This document shows positions 61,111 through 64,000 of a stretch of DNA of 64,000 nucleotides, in pieces. The translations under genes and the position numbers were made by a program. The stretch lies in NCBI GenBank assembly GCA_966212325.1, contig CBIHRA010000010.1, forward strand, positions 59,544 to 123,543, written 5' to 3'. This DNA is from an uncultured Burkholderiaceae bacterium (GTDB taxonomy: Bacteria; Pseudomonadota; Gammaproteobacteria; Burkholderiales; Burkholderiaceae). The notes under the pieces were generated by a model, which was not told the origin of the DNA, did no database searches, and saw nothing but the letters and a program-made list of their open reading frames with translations. Every line of letters begins with the position of its first letter. Within the stretch, counting starts at the first letter, position 1.

Positions 61111-64000
61111 TCAATTCCCCGTATGCGCGCGAGCGTCGGGCGGCGGATCGCGCTCGTCGAGCCGCACCCTGAACGACATGGCGTAAAGCGCGGGCAGATA
61201 GAACAGCGTCAACACCGTCGCGCTCGTAATGCCGCCCATCAATGCGGTCGCCATCGGCCCGAAGAAGTTCGAGCGCAGCAGCGGAATCAGAGCAAGCACG
61301 GCGGCAGCGGCGGTCAGCGTGATCGGGCGGAATCGGCGCACCGTCGCCCCCACGATCGCGTCGAAGCGCCGGTGGCCTGCCGCGATGTCTTGCTCGATCT
61401 GATCGACGAGAATCACCGAGTTGCGCATGATGATGCCGAACATCGCGATCACGCCGAGCATCGCGACGAACCCGAACGGCTTGCCGAAGATCAGCAGCGT
61501 CGCGACGACGCCGATCAGCCCGAGCGGCGCGGTCAGCACGACCATCATGACGCGCGCGAAACTCTGCAGCTGGATCATGAGCAGCGTCAGCACGGCGATC
61601 GCCATGAGCGGCATCTGCGCGTTGATCGACGTTTGGCCTTTCGCGCTTTCCTCCACCGATCCGCCGATCTCGATGCGATAGCCGAGCGGCAGCGCGGACC
61701 GGACCGGCGCTAGCGCGCGGTCGAGGTCGTGCGTCACGTCGATGCCTTGCGCATCGCCACGCACATCGGATTGAACCGTGATCGTCGGCTGACGGTCGCG
61801 TTCCCAGATGACGCCGTACTCGAGCGAATTGCGCACGTGGCCGAGCGAGCCGAGGGGCACGGGGCCGTTCGGCGTCGGCATGGCCAAGCCGAGCAGGCGG
61901 GCCGGGTCGACGCGTTCGCGCTTCGGGGCGCGCAGCTCGACGCTGATGAGCTTGTCGCGCTCGCGAAACTGCGTGACGGTATAGCCCGAAAGCGTCATGG
62001 CGAGGAAATTCGATACGTCTTGCGAAGTCACGCCAAGCTGACGCGCCTTGTTTTGATCGACCTCGAACGTCATCGAGCGCTCGGCCGGCTCGTCCCAATC
62101 GAACTGGACGCCGCGCGTGCGGGCGTCGGCGCGCATCGTCGCCGCGACCTTCTCGGAGATCGCGCGAACCGTCGAAATGTCGTCGCCGCTCACGCGAAAT
62201 TGCACGGGATAGCCGACCGGCGGTCCGTTCTCGAGCCTTGAAAGACGCGTGCGGACGGCGGAAAAATCGTTTTCGAGCCGCGTGTCGAGCCAGCGTGCGA
62301 GTTTGTCTCTGTCTTCGACCGATTTCGCCGTGACGACGAACTGCGCGAAATTGGGCTGCTCGAGTTGCTGATCGAGCGGAAGATAAAAGCGCGGCGCGCC
62401 CGAGCCGACGTAGTCGACGAAATGGTCGATCTCGGGACGGCCGTCGAGCGTCTTTTCGAGCCTTTGCGCTTGTCTGAGCGTCGCATCGAACGAAGCGCCT
62501 TCCGGCAGCCGCATATCGATGAGCAGTTCTGGACGATCCGAGCTCGGAAAGAACTGCTGCGGCACGAGCGAGAACGCGGCGAGCGAGAGGATGAACAGCA
62601 CGACCGTGATGCCGAGCACGACGAAGCGGCGTTCCACGCACCACGTGATCCAACCGGAAAGGCGGCGGTAGAAGCGCGTGTCGTAGATGTCGTGCTCGTG
62701 ATCGTGCGCTTCGCCGTGGGCACGCTTGCGCTCGGGCAGCAAGTGATAGCCGAGCAGCGGGATCAATACGACCGCCGCGAACCACGATGCAATGAGCGCG
62801 ATCGCCGACACTTCGAAAATCGATCGTGTGTATTCGCCCGTGCTCGATTTGGCGAGTGCGATCGGCAAGAAGCCCGAGACGGTGACGAGCGTACCGGTCA
62901 GCATCGGAAACGCAGTGCTCGTGTAGGCGAACGCGGCGGCGCGCGTGCGTTTCCAACCCTGCTCGAGTTTCACGGCCATCATTTCGACTGCGATGATCGC
63001 GTCGTCGACGAGCAGCCCGAGCGCGAGCACCAACGTGCCGAGCGAGACCTTGTGCAGGCCGATGTCGAACAGATACATGACGAGCGCGGTGACGGCCAGC
63101 ACGATCGGGATCGAGATGACGACGACCATCCCCGTGCGAAAGCCGAGAGATACGAGGCTGACGATGAGCACGATCGCCACGGCCTCGCCGACGGCTTCAA
63201 GGAAGTCGTCGACCGAATGCGCCACCGCTTTCGGCATGCTCGATACTTGCTCGAGCTTGAGCCCGGCCGGCAAGTGCGCCCGCAACTGCTCGCTCGTCGC
63301 GTCGAGTGCTTTGCCCAGGCGGATGACATCGCCGCCCGGCTGCATCGTGACGCCGATGCCGAGCACTGCACGGCCGTGATTGCGCATCTCGGTCACCCGC
63401 GGATCGTCGTAGCCGCGCTTGATCGTCGCAATATCGCCTAGACGAATACTGCGGTGGCCGATGGGAATGAGCGTATCGGCCAATGCGCGCACGTCGCCGA
63501 ACTGTCCGCTCGGGCGAACGAATACGCGGTCGTCGGCCGTCGTCACGGTGCCCGACGACGAGACGCCGTTTTGCGATGCGATCGCTTGCGCGAGCTGTTG
63601 CGGGGAAATGCCGAGCCGCGTGAGCTGCGCGTTCGCGATTTCGACGTAGATGTGTTGATCGGGATCGCCGAAATAATCGACTTTTGCGACGCCGGGCACG
63701 CGCAGCAACACGGTGCGCAGCTCGTCGGCATAGTCATGAAGCTGCGCGGGAGAGAAGCCGTCGCCCTCGAGCGTGTAGACGTTCGTATAGACATCGCCGA
63801 ACTCGTCGTTGAAGAATGGGCCGACGACGCCGGGCGGCAGCGTACTTTGGATGTCGCCGACTTTCTTACGGACTTGGTACCACGTTTGCGGGACTTCCTT
63901 GACCGGCGCCGAATCCTTCATCGAAAAGAAGATCATCGATTCGCCGGGCCGCGAGTAGCTGCGTTGGAAATCGATGAACGGCGTCTCTTGCAGCTTGCGT
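61111..64000 (-). CDS. RND efflux transporter permease subunit (AcrB/HAE-type); N-terminus beyond window edge
   Basis: It has 12-TM RND architecture with large periplasmic loops. The frame stays open past the track Met at 63936 up to base 64000 (..ETPFIDFQRSYSRPGESMIFF..). Confidence 0.9.
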   Translation of the reverse strand, partial: RKLQETPFIDFQRSYSRPGESMIFFSMKDSAPVKEVPQTWYQVRKKVGDIQSTLPPGVVGPFFNDEFGDVYTNVYTLEGDGFSPAQLHDYADELRTVLLRVPGVAKVDYFGDPDQHIYVEIANAQLTRLGISPQQLAQAIASQNGVSSSGTVTTADDRVFVRPSGQFGDVRALADTLIPIGHRSIRLGDIATIKRGYDDPRVTEMRNHGRAVLGIGVTMQPGGDVIRLGKALDATSEQLRAHLPAGLKLEQVSSMPKAVAHSVDDFLEAVGEAVAIVLIVSLVSLGFRTGMVVVISIPIVLAVTALVMYLFDIGLHKVSLGTLVLALGLLVDDAIIAVEMMAVKLEQGWKRTRAAAFAYTSTAFPMLTGTLVTVSGFLPIALAKSSTGEYTRSIFEVSAIALIASWFAAVVLIPLLGYHLLPERKRAHGEAHDHEHDIYDTRFYRRLSGWITWCVERRFVVLGITVVLFILSLAAFSLVPQQFFPSSDRPELLIDMRLPEGASFDATLRQAQRLEKTLDGRPEIDHFVDYVGSGAPRFYLPLDQQLEQPNFAQFVVTAKSVEDRDKLARWLDTRLENDFSAVRTRLSRLENGPPVGYPVQFRVSGDDISTVRAISEKVAATMRADARTRGVQFDWDEPAERSMTFEVDQNKARQLGVTSQDVSNFLAMTLSGYTVTQFRERDKLISVELRAPKRERVDPARLLGLAMPTPNGPVPLGSLGHVRNSLEYGVIWERDRQPTITVQSDVRGDAQGIDVTHDLDRALAPVRSALPLGYRIEIGGSVEESAKGQTSINAQMPLMAIAVLTLLMIQLQSFARVMMVVLTAPLGLIGVVATLLIFGKPFGFVAMLGVIAMFGIIMRNSVILVDQIEQDIAAGHRRFDAIVGATVRRFRPITLTAAAAVLALIPLLRSNFFGPMATALMGGITSATVLTLFYLPALYAMSFRVRLDERDPPPDARAHTGN

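Noticed and set aside
59633-62956. A 1107-aa minus-strand ORF
   Set aside because: It is a chimera. The last 491 aa (from MSASRIVLER.., lipobox LALAAC) are the OMF lipoprotein. The Arg-rich N-terminal ~615 aa are an out-of-frame read across the RND pump gene (true frame 61111..64000).

Overview
High-GC betaproteobacterial chromosome segment. GC is judged by eye at low to mid 60s %, not computed. Gene order and protein sequences look Burkholderiaceae-like (Burkholderia or Paraburkholderia type), which is an inference. I support about 53 protein-coding genes, and almost all are recognisable core housekeeping genes. In order: nlpD-rpoS, a PolB-exonuclease-like gene, an EEP nuclease/phosphatase, rlmD and a BI-1/YccA membrane protein. 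Then comes the long conserved block ndk-rlmN-rodZ-ispG-hisS-yfgM-bamB-der-hfq-hflX-hflK-hflC-DUF2065-hisZ-purA-PRTase. This is followed by kup, tex, dinG, bamD/rluD-pgeF, the PHB cluster phaC-phaA-phaB-phaR, rimO, metC and serB. The window ends with fetAB, an AsmA-family protein, ybiT (ABC-F), an aldehyde dehydrogenase, ompW, a DUF1289 gene, potFGHI, and the 3' part of an RND efflux operon (OMF plus a truncated RND pump). I found no rRNA, tRNA, CRISPR array, transposase or integrase. Many long ORFs in the six-frame track are antisense or out-of-frame artefacts typical of high-GC DNA. I cannot point to a clear multi-gene novel system, because the window is mostly ordinary core genome. The most unusual items are listed here.
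- A compositionally atypical orphan ORF lies between potI and the OMF gene (58.6-59.5 kb).
- A 607-bp unassigned gap lies between phaR and rimO.
- A single in-frame TAG plus a codon-preserving (GACGTAGAG)x4 repeat separates rluD from pgeF.
- Five unrelated short tandem-repeat arrays sit in intergenic DNA, including a heptamer array that places stop codons in all six frames.
- A secreted protein with 11-residue repeats is translationally coupled to metC.
- A leader hairpin occludes the ompW ribosome-binding site.
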